DNA of 64,000 bases from an uncultured SAR86 cluster bacterium (GCA_964276235.1 CAXYEK010000002.1:69216-133215); one strand, 5' to 3'. Shown: positions 54,058 to 63,702, counted from the first letter of the stretch. Numbers and translations are program-made. Notes: generated from the letters alone by a model not told the origin.

Positions 54058-54561
54058 TTATTTAACTAGTTCCTGAAAGTAATCAAATACATCTTGCATC
54101 TTTCTGTCTCTTACGGTGGTCCATTCCTTAGTAGAAGAACTATTCAATAAATTTTTATTTTTATCAAATACCAATACTCTTGGTACTCCTTCTTCTTTAG
54201 CTACACCAAAATAGCTAATAAGATTCATATTTTTATCATATCGACCAACGTCTATATGAAGCACTTGATAGTGGTTATTCATAAATTTTTCTATTGAAGG
54301 AGTCTTTAATGTGCCAGATAAAATTCTGCAATCAGGACACCAATTGCCACCAAAAATAATAACGGGTTGCTTAAGATTGTTAACAGCATCTTCAATAAAA
54401 TCATTGACTTCGACTTCGCTATAAATATCTCCATTATATGGAAGGGGAAGAGGTATCTTTAGAACATCTTCTGAAGAAATTTGTATATTCTCAGCATTAA
54501 TCATTGTGCAAATTAAAAATAGGTATGAAATAGATAAATATTTAATTAAACTCTTAATCAT
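54058..54561 (-). CDS. secreted thioredoxin-fold protein
   Basis: 167 aa. Signal peptide and WCPDC redox motif (GGNWCPDCR). Confidence 0.6.
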   Translation of the reverse strand: MIKSLIKYLSISYLFLICTMINAENIQISSEDVLKIPLPLPYNGDIYSEVEVNDFIEDAVNNLKQPVIIFGGNWCPDCRILSGTLKTPSIEKFMNNHYQVLHIDVGRYDKNMNLISYFGVAKEEGVPRVLVFDKNKNLLNSSSTKEWTTVRDRKMQDVFDYFQELVK

Positions 54562-54617
54562 GGATAATTTATTAAAAAGATATTGTGTAACTTGTCAGGG
54601 AGCATTGCAATAAAATA

Positions 54618-55040
54618 ATGATTTGGCTAATTAGATTTTATTTATTTTTTATGGCAATAACTTATTTGCTAATTGGGGTATGGGCAATATTAGATCCTCT
54701 CCTTGGAGCATTAGATACTGGAATGCCTTCTTTTTTGGAAGCTGTTGGGCTTAATATTTCATCTGAAATTGGATACTCTGAAATAGCCGGCTTATATGGT
54801 GGTCTTAATCTTGGTATAGGTTTAATGTGTTTGATTGGAATTTTTAAATTTAATATTGGAGTTTTTGCCATAAAGTTTTTAACTTTTTTAACTGGCTCAA
54901 TTGCTGCAGGTAGAGTAATCTTTTCATTACTTCCCACAACTCCAGGGTTTTATAATTCTTTCTTTATTTTTGAAGTTTGTGCCTTGTTAATAGGCCTAAC
55001 GTTTTTATACTTTATAAAAAAATCAAATCAAGTTACTTAA
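54618..55040 (+). CDS. hypothetical 4-TM membrane protein (DUF4345-like)
   Basis: 140 aa with four hydrophobic helices. The family guess is weak. Confidence 0.4.
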   Translation: MIWLIRFYLFFMAITYLLIGVWAILDPLLGALDTGMPSFLEAVGLNISSEIGYSEIAGLYGGLNLGIGLMCLIGIFKFNIGVFAIKFLTFLTGSIAAGRVIFSLLPTTPGFYNSFFIFEVCALLIGLTFLYFIKKSNQVT

Positions 55041-55974
55041 ATTCAAAATATATCCTAAATAACCAGCTACAAATAAACATCCTATAAATTTTATAAAATT
55101 TATATTGAGCCGCGAATAAGAATAAGAAGCAGCAACAACGACAAACAAAATCGTAGCAATAATCATCACCAAGTAATCTCTTGAGAATATCGTTGAATGA
55201 AGGGTTGTATCTGAAAAGATACCAATGATGGGAACAACAAGTGCAATATTCATCACATTTGATCCAATAACATTACCAATAACCATGTCATTCTTATTCT
55301 TCATAATTGCAGAAATAGTAGCTGCCAATTCTGGAAGACTAGTGCCAATAGCTATAATTGTTAATCCAATTATGAGTTGAGGAACATTAAGCATAATTGC
55401 TATTTTTTCAGCATGTATAACAGCAAAATTAGATCCACCAATTAATGCTAAGAGACCAATAATCAAAAAGAATATTGTTAAGCTTGATCTTAAAATCAGA
55501 ACTTTCAACAACTTCTTTTTCATCATCAGCTCCACGACCAATATAGGTAACATAAATAAATGCTAGAAATAAACCTAAAAATATCCAACTTTCAGCGCTA
55601 GTTATTTTTAAATCAATAAGGCTAATTCCAAGGATTACTGCTCCTAAAATAAAAGGAACAAATTGAATAAAAGGTGTCTTTGCTGGTCTTGTAGATAGCC
55701 CAATACAAGAAACACCAAATATTAAGGCAATATTTGAAATATTAGATCCAACAACAGTTCCCATTGCTAGTTCTTCGGTTCCATTTAGCACAGAAGATAT
55801 ACCAACAAAAATTTCTGGTGCAGACGTTCCTAAAGCAACAATAGTTAAACCTATTGTCAATTCACTTAATCCTAATTTCTTTGCAACTAATGATGAGTTA
55901 TCTACAAATTTATCAGCACCCCATACGAGAACCGCTAAAGAAATTGCTAAACAAGTTAAGTGGTATAAAAACAT
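55023..55974 (-). pseudogene. CaCA-family Ca2+/Na+ antiporter (YrbG-like), reading frame broken by 1 nt
   Basis: ORF 55429-55974 carries alpha-1 (ALGTSAPEIF). ORF 55023-55553 carries alpha-2 (AIGTSLPELA). The two frames overlap and can be joined at gatgAAAAAgaag (T5 on the plus strand at 55516-55520). Confidence 0.8.
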
Positions 55975-56050
55975 AGCTTATTCTATCACTTAAAATTTTA
56001 TTTTCTGTATGTGTTTAATCGCACAGCTTATAATAAATAATAAGCTATTA

Positions 56051-56068
56051 ATTGAATATATATTCAAT
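56051..56068. promoter_or_regulatory. perfect 18-bp palindrome matching the ARG-box consensus (candidate operator)
   Basis: ATTGAATATATATTCAAT versus ArgR box wnTGAATwwwwATTCAnw. It lies 35 nt upstream of the SDR ATG (56103) and 77 nt from the antiporter start. Confidence 0.4.
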
Positions 56069-56102
56069 ATATAATTGTGAAAAATTACATCAGGACATAC
56101 AA

Positions 56103-56900
56103 ATGGAAATCAATAATTTATTTAGCGTAAAGGGAAAAGTGGCAGTGGTAACTGGAGGTTCAAGGGGAATTGGCGAGATGATTACTGCTGGATTTCTTGC
56201 CAATGGAGCAAAAGTATATATATCAGCAAGAAAAGCACCAGCACTAATAGAAAAAGCGAAGGAACTTTCTGAACGTTATAACGCTGAATGTATAGCTATT
56301 CCGTGTGATTTGTCCACGATCGAAGGAATTGAGTCATTCACTAAAGTTATAGAAGAAAAAGAGGGCACTATTGATTTTTTAATTAATAATGCTGGGGCAG
56401 CTTGGGGAGAGCCTTTTGAGAATTTTTCAGAAGCAGGATGGGATAAGGTTATGGATCTAAATGTTAAAAGTATGTTTTTTATGACTCAAAAAATGACACC
56501 TCTATTAAAACCAAATGCATCAAATGAAGATCCATCTAGAGTTATCAATATTGGTTCTATAGATGGTTTAAATGTTCCAATGTTCCCAACATTTTCTTAC
56601 AGCACATCTAAAGCAGCTGTTCATCATTTAACTAGAGTTCTAAGCGCTCAACTTGTTTCACAAAATATTTTAGTAAATGCTATTGCCCCAGGACCTTATC
56701 CAAGTGCAATGTTAGGATCTGCTGTCCAAGGTGATTATTCTGAAATTGAAAAGAAGAATCCTAGAAAAAGAGTAGGAAGTCCAGAAGACATAGCTGGTTT
56801 GGTAATCTTCTTATGCTCAAGAGCTGGAGCATATACAGTTGGAGAAACGATTACCTCTGATGGAGGAATAGTTAAGACCTCAGGCCATAACCTGGGATAG
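56103..56900 (+). CDS. SDR family oxidoreductase (3-oxoacyl-ACP reductase / RhlG-like)
   Basis: 265 aa from ATG 56103. TGGSRGIG, NNAG and S...YSTSK motifs. The track TTG start 56052 falls inside the palindrome. Confidence 0.85.
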   Translation: MEINNLFSVKGKVAVVTGGSRGIGEMITAGFLANGAKVYISARKAPALIEKAKELSERYNAECIAIPCDLSTIEGIESFTKVIEEKEGTIDFLINNAGAAWGEPFENFSEAGWDKVMDLNVKSMFFMTQKMTPLLKPNASNEDPSRVINIGSIDGLNVPMFPTFSYSTSKAAVHHLTRVLSAQLVSQNILVNAIAPGPYPSAMLGSAVQGDYSEIEKKNPRKRVGSPEDIAGLVIFLCSRAGAYTVGETITSDGGIVKTSGHNLG

Positions 56901-56907
56901 TTGATAG

Positions 56908-57810
56908 TTATTTCTTTGCGTCAATAAAGGCTTTTATTATCAAGTCTTTCATCCAAAGATGGCCTCCGTCACCTTCGTCACTTTTATGCCATATCAAGAA
57001 GTATTCCATTGATGGGAGCTTAGTAGGAAACTCTATAAAAGGTAAATTATGAGACTTGGCGAAGCTTCTGGTACCCATTAAAACAAGATCAGTTGCTCTT
57101 ATGATTCCTGGAGCAATAAGGAAATGTTGGCATCTCAAAGCAACCTCTCTTCTGTAACCAATCTTATCTAGTTCTACATCTATTAGATGAAGGCCTCTTT
57201 TTCTGTTAGAAACATGTAAGTGTCTCTGCGCAAGAATATCATCTACTGATACTTCACTTATTTCAGTTAGAGGATGTCCTTCTCTATGTATAACAACAAA
57301 ATCATCTTCAAACACTTTATAAGAATTAATTTCTTCTGATTCAGGTATTACAGGATCAACAACAAAATCTAAATTATTTGTAGCAAGTGCGTGAACTTGA
57401 TCTGCTCTGCTGTATGCATAACTTCCCATAGAAATAAATGGAGCACTTTTATCTATCTCATTCATAATAAAAGGAAGAACTCTGATTTCAGAAATATCAC
57501 CCAAGGAAAGTTTAAAATTTCTGTTTGATAGTTTATGTTCAAAAGTATCTGGCTCATTAACACTTGCCTGCATAAGAGATAAAGCATTTTGAATATCATT
57601 AATTATATTTTCAGTTTTTTGAGTTGGAACCATTCCTGATCCAGTTCTTATAAATAATTCATCCCCAAATCTTTCTCTTAATCTTGAAAGAGCATTACTT
57701 ACCGCAGGCTGGGTAATACCAACTACTTCAGCTGCTTTGGTAAGACTACCTTCGGTATATATAGCATTAAGAATTACAAATAAATTTAAATCAAAAGAAC
57801 TAATTTTCAT
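56908..57810 (-). CDS. LysR-family transcriptional regulator
   Basis: About 300 aa from MKISSFDLNLFVILNAIYTEGSLTKAAEVVGITQPAVSNALSRLRE (winged HTH), plus a C-terminal substrate-binding domain. Confidence 0.9.
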   Translation of the reverse strand: MKISSFDLNLFVILNAIYTEGSLTKAAEVVGITQPAVSNALSRLRERFGDELFIRTGSGMVPTQKTENIINDIQNALSLMQASVNEPDTFEHKLSNRNFKLSLGDISEIRVLPFIMNEIDKSAPFISMGSYAYSRADQVHALATNNLDFVVDPVIPESEEINSYKVFEDDFVVIHREGHPLTEISEVSVDDILAQRHLHVSNRKRGLHLIDVELDKIGYRREVALRCQHFLIAPGIIRATDLVLMGTRSFAKSHNLPFIEFPTKLPSMEYFLIWHKSDEGDGGHLWMKDLIIKAFIDAKK

Positions 57811-57965
57811 ATACGCCTCATTAACATTAATAACGAACAATCGCTTTGCATTTTTAGATATAGATTTGTTATCAACATAAAGCTATTATATCTAAGAACA
57901 CTAATCGCACTATTCACCACACTTATAATGGTAACAAATATAGCAATATAAAGGGAGATTTTTAA

Positions 57966-59177
57966 ATGATAGCTGAACTAAGACCCGTCGCTCAAGATTT
58001 AATAGATAGAGTTAATGATTTTATTCAAAAAGAGGTAGCTCATAATGAAAGTCTTTATGAAGAGCAATCAAAAGATAAGAATGGTACATGGGTAGTTCCA
58101 CCTATTATGGAAGAAATGAAGGTCAAAGCTAAGGCAGCTGGACTATGGAATCTATTTTTACCTGAAAGCAAGAACGGTGCTGGCTTAACAAACTTTGAAT
58201 ATGCTCATTTAGCAGAAATAATGGGCGCATACGGCATTGCCTCTGAAGTTTTCAATTGCTCTGCCCCAGATACTGGAAACATGGAAGTGCTAGAAAGGTA
58301 TGGAAATGAGGAACATAAAGAGAAGTATTTAAAGCCTTTATTAAATGGCGAAATGCGCTCTGCATTTGCAATGACTGAGCCAGGTGTTGCCTCATCTGAC
58401 GCAACTAATATTGCTTCTTCTGCAGTTCTTGATGGGGATGAATATGTTATTAATGGTGAAAAATGGTGGACTTCAGGAGCTGGGGATCCAAGATGTGAAA
58501 TTCTTATTTTTATGTGCGTAACCAACCCAGATAATCATAGACATCAAAGACAGTCTCAAATCTTAGTTCCAATGAATTCAGAAGGTATTGAAATACAAAA
58601 AATGATGCACGTATTTGGTTATGATGATGCTCCACACGGGCATGGTCATATTAAATTTACTAATGTAAGAGTGCCAAAAGAGAATCTTTTATTAGGTGAA
58701 GGCAGAGGTTTTGAAATAGCACAGGGTAGACTAGGACCTGGCAGAATTCATCATTGTATGAGAGCCATAGGTTTAGCAGAAAGAGCATTAGAAATGATGT
58801 GTAGACATGGCATGGAGAAAGTTGCTTTTGGAAAACCTTTAGTTCAACTAGGCGGAAACATGGACCTTATTGCTAATTCAAGAATTGAAATCGACCAAGC
58901 AAGATTATTAACTTTAAAAGCTGCTCATATGATGGACACAGTAGGTAATAAAGTTGCTGCAAGTGAAATAGCACAAATTAAAGTAGTTGCACCAAATATA
59001 TGTTGCGATATTTTAGATAGGGCTATTCAAATGCACGGTGGAGCAGGGGTATCACAAGTTTACCCACTTGCTGCCATGTATGCTCACATGAGAACTCTTA
59101 GACTTGCTGATGGTCCTGATGAAGTGCATAGAAGAGCTGTTGCAAGACAAGAACTTGGCAAGTATATATCTTCATAA
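57966..59177 (+). CDS. acyl-CoA dehydrogenase (FadE2 / ACAD10-11-like subfamily)
   Basis: 403 aa. [20 protein letters not shown] and LADGPDEVH motifs. Confidence 0.88.
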   Translation: MIAELRPVAQDLIDRVNDFIQKEVAHNESLYEEQSKDKNGTWVVPPIMEEMKVKAKAAGLWNLFLPESKNGAGLTNFEYAHLAEIMGAYGIASEVFNCSAPDTGNMEVLERYGNEEHKEKYLKPLLNGEMRSAFAMTEPGVASSDATNIASSAVLDGDEYVINGEKWWTSGAGDPRCEILIFMCVTNPDNHRHQRQSQILVPMNSEGIEIQKMMHVFGYDDAPHGHGHIKFTNVRVPKENLLLGEGRGFEIAQGRLGPGRIHHCMRAIGLAERALEMMCRHGMEKVAFGKPLVQLGGNMDLIANSRIEIDQARLLTLKAAHMMDTVGNKVAASEIAQIKVVAPNICCDILDRAIQMHGGAGVSQVYPLAAMYAHMRTLRLADGPDEVHRRAVARQELGKYISS

Positions 59178-59178
59178 A

Positions 59179-60582
59179 TTGTCAGATAAAAACTTAATAT
59201 TTTATGATACTGAAACGACTGGAATTCTAAAAGATTTCAGTCAGATACTTCAGTGCGGCTCTGTTCTCACAGATGAAGAGCTAAATACATTAGGTGAGCA
59301 AAATATAGGATGCGCTCCATTGCCATGGGTTATACCTCAGCCAATGGCTATGATAACTAATAAGAAGATTGATCTTTTTAATTCAAATGTATCTCATTAT
59401 CAAATGATGAAGGACCTTCAAATGCAATGGAAGCAATGGTCTGCTCAAAAACCTGGAATTTTTATAACTTATAACGGACATGCTTTTGACGAAGAGATGG
59501 TCAGAAGGCAATTCTTTTGGAATCTATTAGAGCCATACACCACAAATACCAATGGAAATGGCAGATTGGATTTGATGTTAATGATTCACAACATAGCAGC
59601 TTTCTTTTCTGATGAAATATCCATGCCTTTATTTGAAGGAGGTCCAGGAATTAGTTACAAGCTTGAACATTTAGCTATAGAGCATGGTATAGATGCTGGA
59701 GACGCTCATGATGCTATAGCTGACTGTAATTTAATGATAGAGATGTGCAGGATTATTAAAGATAGACTGCCAGAGGTATTTGAATCATTTGTTAATATTT
59801 CAACAAAACCTGGCGTTAAAGAATTACTTTATTCAGATGACTTTTTAGCTCTTGGTGAAATACATAGAAGGCATACATTCAGATATCCAGTTGTAATGTG
59901 TGGAGCAGATGCAAGCAGGCCAAATGAAATAGTATTTTATGACCTTAGTTATGATCCTGATGATATTTTAGAATTAGACTTTACTGAGATTAATAAACTG
60001 GTTCAATCAAAAGGTAGAGATGGTCCTTTAAAGAAATATAAAATAAATAAAACAATACCCATATGCTCTCATAAGCATTTAAATAATGTAGATGCTTTTG
60101 ACATCGAATTTTCAGAGTTACAAAGAAGAGCAGAGATAGTTAGATCTGATAAAGATTTTCAACAAAAAGTCTCTCAAGCTATGGAAGATAGAATGATGAG
60201 CTTCCCTGAATCTGACTATATAGAAGGTACAATTTATTCAGGTGGATTTCCTTCAAATAAAGACAAGGATTTAATGCAGCAATTTCATATGTCTGATGAC
60301 CCGCTGCATTTAATAAAAATATCAAGAAACTTTGAAGATGAGAGGTTAAGACTTTTTGCTGAAAGAATCATATGTTATCAATATGCATCGGATATACCTG
60401 AGGATATTAGTAAAAGATATCAAGATTTAATCCATGAAAGAAATGGCACAGATGGTGCATGGGGCTCAATAGGTAAAGCATTATCACAGATTGATAAATT
60501 AATGGATGAAAGAACCGATGACGAGAGTCAAGAAATTCTAAAAGCAACAAAAGAAAAGATAGAGTCTATGAAGATCGGCTAA
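59179..60582 (+). CDS. sbcB: exodeoxyribonuclease I
   Basis: DEDDh exonuclease motifs (FYDTETTG, YNGHAFDEEM, HDAIADC) plus an ExoI-type C-terminal domain. The start is uncertain: TTG 59179 just after the ACAD stop, or ATGs at 59104-59119 overlapping it. Confidence 0.8.
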   Translation: MSDKNLIFYDTETTGILKDFSQILQCGSVLTDEELNTLGEQNIGCAPLPWVIPQPMAMITNKKIDLFNSNVSHYQMMKDLQMQWKQWSAQKPGIFITYNGHAFDEEMVRRQFFWNLLEPYTTNTNGNGRLDLMLMIHNIAAFFSDEISMPLFEGGPGISYKLEHLAIEHGIDAGDAHDAIADCNLMIEMCRIIKDRLPEVFESFVNISTKPGVKELLYSDDFLALGEIHRRHTFRYPVVMCGADASRPNEIVFYDLSYDPDDILELDFTEINKLVQSKGRDGPLKKYKINKTIPICSHKHLNNVDAFDIEFSELQRRAEIVRSDKDFQQKVSQAMEDRMMSFPESDYIEGTIYSGGFPSNKDKDLMQQFHMSDDPLHLIKISRNFEDERLRLFAERIICYQYASDIPEDISKRYQDLIHERNGTDGAWGSIGKALSQIDKLMDERTDDESQEILKATKEKIESMKIG

Positions 60583-60661
60583 CAATAAACCTATATTAAA
60601 TAAAAAAGAAAAATGTATAATGCTTCTCTAAACCCTCTATCTAATGGGTTTTAGTAGATAT

Positions 60662-60740
60662 AGACCCGTAGCTCAGTTTTGGTTAGAGCGCCGCATTGAC
60701 ATTGCGGAGGTCGATGGTTCGAGTCCATTCGGGTCTACCA
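60662..60740 (+). tRNA. tRNA-Val (anticodon GAC)
   Basis: AGACCCG/CGGGTCT acceptor, anticodon stem CCGCA/TGCGG with loop TTGACAT, GGTTCGAGTCC T-arm, encoded CCA. Unusually long 11-nt D-loop; 79 nt. Confidence 0.88.
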
Positions 60741-60882
60741 GTTTAAATTAGCGCATCAATCTCAATAATCAACCGAACACAAAAATAAAGACAATGCTAA
60801 ACTTCCTCCAATACTATTTTGATTAACTTTTATGTACCTTCAAGTATGCAAGCAATGTTTACATCATTAAATATTTATAACT

Positions 60883-61647
60883 ATGACAATAATTAAAGCA
60901 ACCAACCTTGTTAAGACATATAAAGATTCAGAAGATTCAAATAAATCTTTCAATGCAGTGGATGGAATATCTTTATCCATTAACGCTGGAGAAATTTATG
61001 GAATTTTAGGTCCTAATGGAGCAGGAAAAACTACAACGCTAGAAATGCTGGAGGGCCTAAAAGATATAGATGGAGGTACAGCTTTCATCAACTCAATAAA
61101 TGTTAGCAATAATCCATATGAAGTTAAACAAATTATTGGAGTTCAACTTCAAGCAAATGAATATTTTGATAACATGACCTTATCCGAACTGCTCAATCTA
61201 TTTAGTGCCTTATATAGCTCAAGAAACAATCCCAAAGACCTCCTCAAAAAAGTTAATCTAGAAGATAAAGCTAACGCTATGGCTAATGAACTTTCAGGAG
61301 GACAAAAGCAAAGATTTTCTATTGCCTGCGCACTCGTTAATAACCCATTAGTACTATTTTTAGATGAGCCTACCACAGGATTGGATCCGCAAGCTAAACG
61401 TAGCTTATGGGACTTGGTAACAGAGTTAAACAAGACTGGTATGACTATAGTGTTAACTACTCACAATATGGAAGAAGCTGAAACGCTTTGCCAAAGGATT
61501 GCTATTATGGATTTTGGCAAAATTATCGCTGAAGACACTCCTCAGAATTTAATTTTACAACATGCTCCGGTTAAAGAGAGGGTAGTCATGCACGGCAACA
61601 TGGAAGATGTTTTTATTGCTTTAACTGGCCATGGGCTGAGGGATTAA
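60883..61647 (+). CDS. ABC transporter ATP-binding protein (ABC-2 / DrrA-like exporter)
   Basis: 254 aa. GPNGAGKTT, LSGGQKQR, LFLDEPTTGLD. Confidence 0.9.
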   Translation: MTIIKATNLVKTYKDSEDSNKSFNAVDGISLSINAGEIYGILGPNGAGKTTTLEMLEGLKDIDGGTAFINSINVSNNPYEVKQIIGVQLQANEYFDNMTLSELLNLFSALYSSRNNPKDLLKKVNLEDKANAMANELSGGQKQRFSIACALVNNPLVLFLDEPTTGLDPQAKRSLWDLVTELNKTGMTIVLTTHNMEEAETLCQRIAIMDFGKIIAEDTPQNLILQHAPVKERVVMHGNMEDVFIALTGHGLRD

Positions 61648-61648
61648 G

Positions 61649-62737
61649 ATGTTAAATAAACCTCAAGCCTATTTAACTAAGGTATTTATTCAAATTTTTT
61701 TAAGGAATAAACAGTACATTGTTTTTAGCCTTATTTTACCTCTTCTGATCTTAGCTATAGTGGGACTTAATGATGGTGACAATGATCCTATAGAAATTGG
61801 TATAGTAAATAACTCCAAATCAAATCTATCACAGCAGTTTGTTGATCAATTAACCTCTAATAACTTATTTAATATTATTCAGGGTAGCGAGGAAACTCTT
61901 CGAAATGAATTGGTTAACGGTGACTTGATGATTGTTCTTATAATTCCAAGCGCCATGGATGATAAAGTTAAATCATCAAACATTAAGCTTTTAGTAGATA
62001 AATCCCAAGCCCAATTCATTCAAACCATTGAGCCAATTCTCAATCAATCTCTTTTAAGTATTGAGCGAGAAATTACTGGAAGAGCCTCTATGTTCAACTT
62101 AGTAATTGAAGATGTGAAATCAAGAACTCTTAGTTACATTGATTTTTTGCTACCAGGAATAATGGCCTTTATGCTCATGAACTTAAGTATTGCTGGAAGT
62201 GGTTTCAATGTTGTCGAATTTAGGAGAAGAGGTATTCTTAAACGTTTATTTGTAACTCCAATAAAGCCTATTGATTTTGTTTTAGCAATTGTTATAGCTC
62301 GAATGGTAATTGTTCTAGGTCAACTTAGTATTATCTTTGGTTTTGCATTGGCAATACTCGATGCAAATATAGTTGGCAGTGTTGTTAGCCTATATTTTGT
62401 AATAATGCTAAGTGTTCTTATGTTTTTAACCCTAGGTTTTTCAATTGGGAGCCTTGCAAAAACACAAGAAAGTGTGGGTGTATTGGCTACTATATTTATA
62501 TACCCTCAGCTAGTTTTATCTGGAATTTTTTTCCCTATAGAGACTCTTCCTGAATATATACATCCATTTGCAGAGTTATTGCCATTGAGTTTAGTAGCCG
62601 ATGCGATGAGATCTATAGCCAATGACGGCTTAGAACTCATTGATATTTATGCCAATTTCATTGGTATAGGAATTTGGATAGTAATTGGAATGCTTATCTC
62701 AACAAAACTTTTTGTATGGAAAGAAGTAGCCGGTTAA
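61649..62737 (+). CDS. ABC-2 type transporter permease
   Basis: 362 aa. N-terminal TM, large extracytoplasmic loop, then a 5-TM bundle. Starts 1 nt after the ATPase stop codon. Confidence 0.8.
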   Translation: MLNKPQAYLTKVFIQIFLRNKQYIVFSLILPLLILAIVGLNDGDNDPIEIGIVNNSKSNLSQQFVDQLTSNNLFNIIQGSEETLRNELVNGDLMIVLIIPSAMDDKVKSSNIKLLVDKSQAQFIQTIEPILNQSLLSIEREITGRASMFNLVIEDVKSRTLSYIDFLLPGIMAFMLMNLSIAGSGFNVVEFRRRGILKRLFVTPIKPIDFVLAIVIARMVIVLGQLSIIFGFALAILDANIVGSVVSLYFVIMLSVLMFLTLGFSIGSLAKTQESVGVLATIFIYPQLVLSGIFFPIETLPEYIHPFAELLPLSLVADAMRSIANDGLELIDIYANFIGIGIWIVIGMLISTKLFVWKEVAG

Positions 62738-62760
62738 TGTCTAACCCCAAATCTTTATTT

Positions 62761-63198
62761 TTAAAGTTGATTAATATACGAATCCAATCTGTCTTTATTC
62801 ATTACAAAAGAAGCTTTTTTAGCTTCGGCAGCTGATTTAACGTCAGTAATATTAGATATATCGTTACCAACCCTAATAACACCAACCATGGCCATCATTG
62901 AGTGTGGTGTGCACTGATAAGCATAAACACCCGGAACATCAAACGTCACTGTGATATCTTTGCTAAGATCACTGTTCCATGATTGAGCTCCTGCTGGAAT
63001 CATTCCTGCCATTGATGCCGAATTATGTGCAGCATCAGTAGATTCAAAAGTGACTGAATCTCCAACTGCAACATTAAGAACTGCTGGTTCAAAAACCATA
63101 TATCCTTCGGTACCTTGATTTAGCATTTTTACAGTATGTTCAGCACTATGAATACTAAAGTTTATTGTAAGAATTAATGTTAAAAGTAATTTTTTCAT
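62761..63198 (-). CDS. pseudoazurin-like blue copper protein (cupredoxin)
   Basis: 145 aa. Signal peptide and type-1 Cu ligands H (DAAHNS) and C-x2-H-x4-M (CTPHSMMAM). Confidence 0.75.
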   Translation of the reverse strand: MKKLLLTLILTINFSIHSAEHTVKMLNQGTEGYMVFEPAVLNVAVGDSVTFESTDAAHNSASMAGMIPAGAQSWNSDLSKDITVTFDVPGVYAYQCTPHSMMAMVGVIRVGNDISNITDVKSAAEAKKASFVMNKDRLDSYINQL

Positions 63199-63350
63199 AA
63201 AAGAGTTCCTGTAAATATTATCAATGTTGTAACTATAGAAAGAAACAAAAACCCTAGTAAAACAGCTACAGCAAAGATTTTTAATGGAGAGGGGATAAAA
63301 TTTTGCTCTGCAGTTCCAACTCCTATTAAAAGTTTAAATATCCTAACCAA
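63195..63350 (-). CDS. candidate 51-aa single-TM protein (not in the ORF track)
   Basis: Own translation: (TTG)VRIFKLLIGVGTAEQNFIPSPLKIFAVAVLLGFLFLSIVTTLIIFTGTLL. Its TGA overlaps the pseudoazurin ATG (ATGA), and its TTG overlaps the upstream ORF end by 8 nt. Confidence 0.3.
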   Translation of the reverse strand: MVRIFKLLIGVGTAEQNFIPSPLKIFAVAVLLGFLFLSIVTTLIIFTGTLL

Positions 63351-63525
63351 AAATTAAGCCAGTTATATACATAGAAGCAAGCATAAAACCTAACACCACT
63401 ACCTGTATTAAGCCTGGAATTGCAACAAGAAGAACTAAAGGGTCAAACTTCATGGCCATAAAATAGTCATTTTCATTCCATGCTGCTGTTTCTTCTGGGG
63501 TTGCGTTACGAACTTTAGTATTCAT
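63343..63525 (-). CDS. hypothetical 60-aa single-TM protein
   Basis: ATG preceded by ggag. Hydrophilic N-terminus (PEETAAWNENDYF), then one TM helix. Confidence 0.45.
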   Translation of the reverse strand: MNTKVRNATPEETAAWNENDYFMAMKFDPLVLLVAIPGLIQVVVLGFMLASMYITGLIFG

Positions 63526-63702
63526 TTATATGCTCCAATAGCTGTTAAAACGTCATTATTATATATATTTATAATCACATATCAATACTTTTTATATATA
63601 TATTAAGTAATATTGTAAAATTTTAATTTTTTAGCAAAAAGAAGTGATTACACATATATAAAAACTATATATAATCTTTTGACACGCCAAGGAGATATTC
63701 GA

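Noticed and set aside
56030-56090. A second ARG box flanking the 18-bp palindrome at the canonical 3-bp spacing.
   Set aside because: The flanking 18-mers (ataataaataataagcta; taattgtgaaaaattaca) match few of the constrained TGAAT/ATTCA positions. Only a single box is claimed.
60741-63525. Possible genomic islet inserted at tRNA-Val (ABC-2 exporter, pseudoazurin, small ORFs). The same was considered downstream of tRNA-Leu and tRNA-Ser.
   Set aside because: By eye I could find no direct repeat of any tRNA 3' end downstream, no integrase, and no obvious compositional break. This cannot be excluded without a computed repeat or GC analysis.
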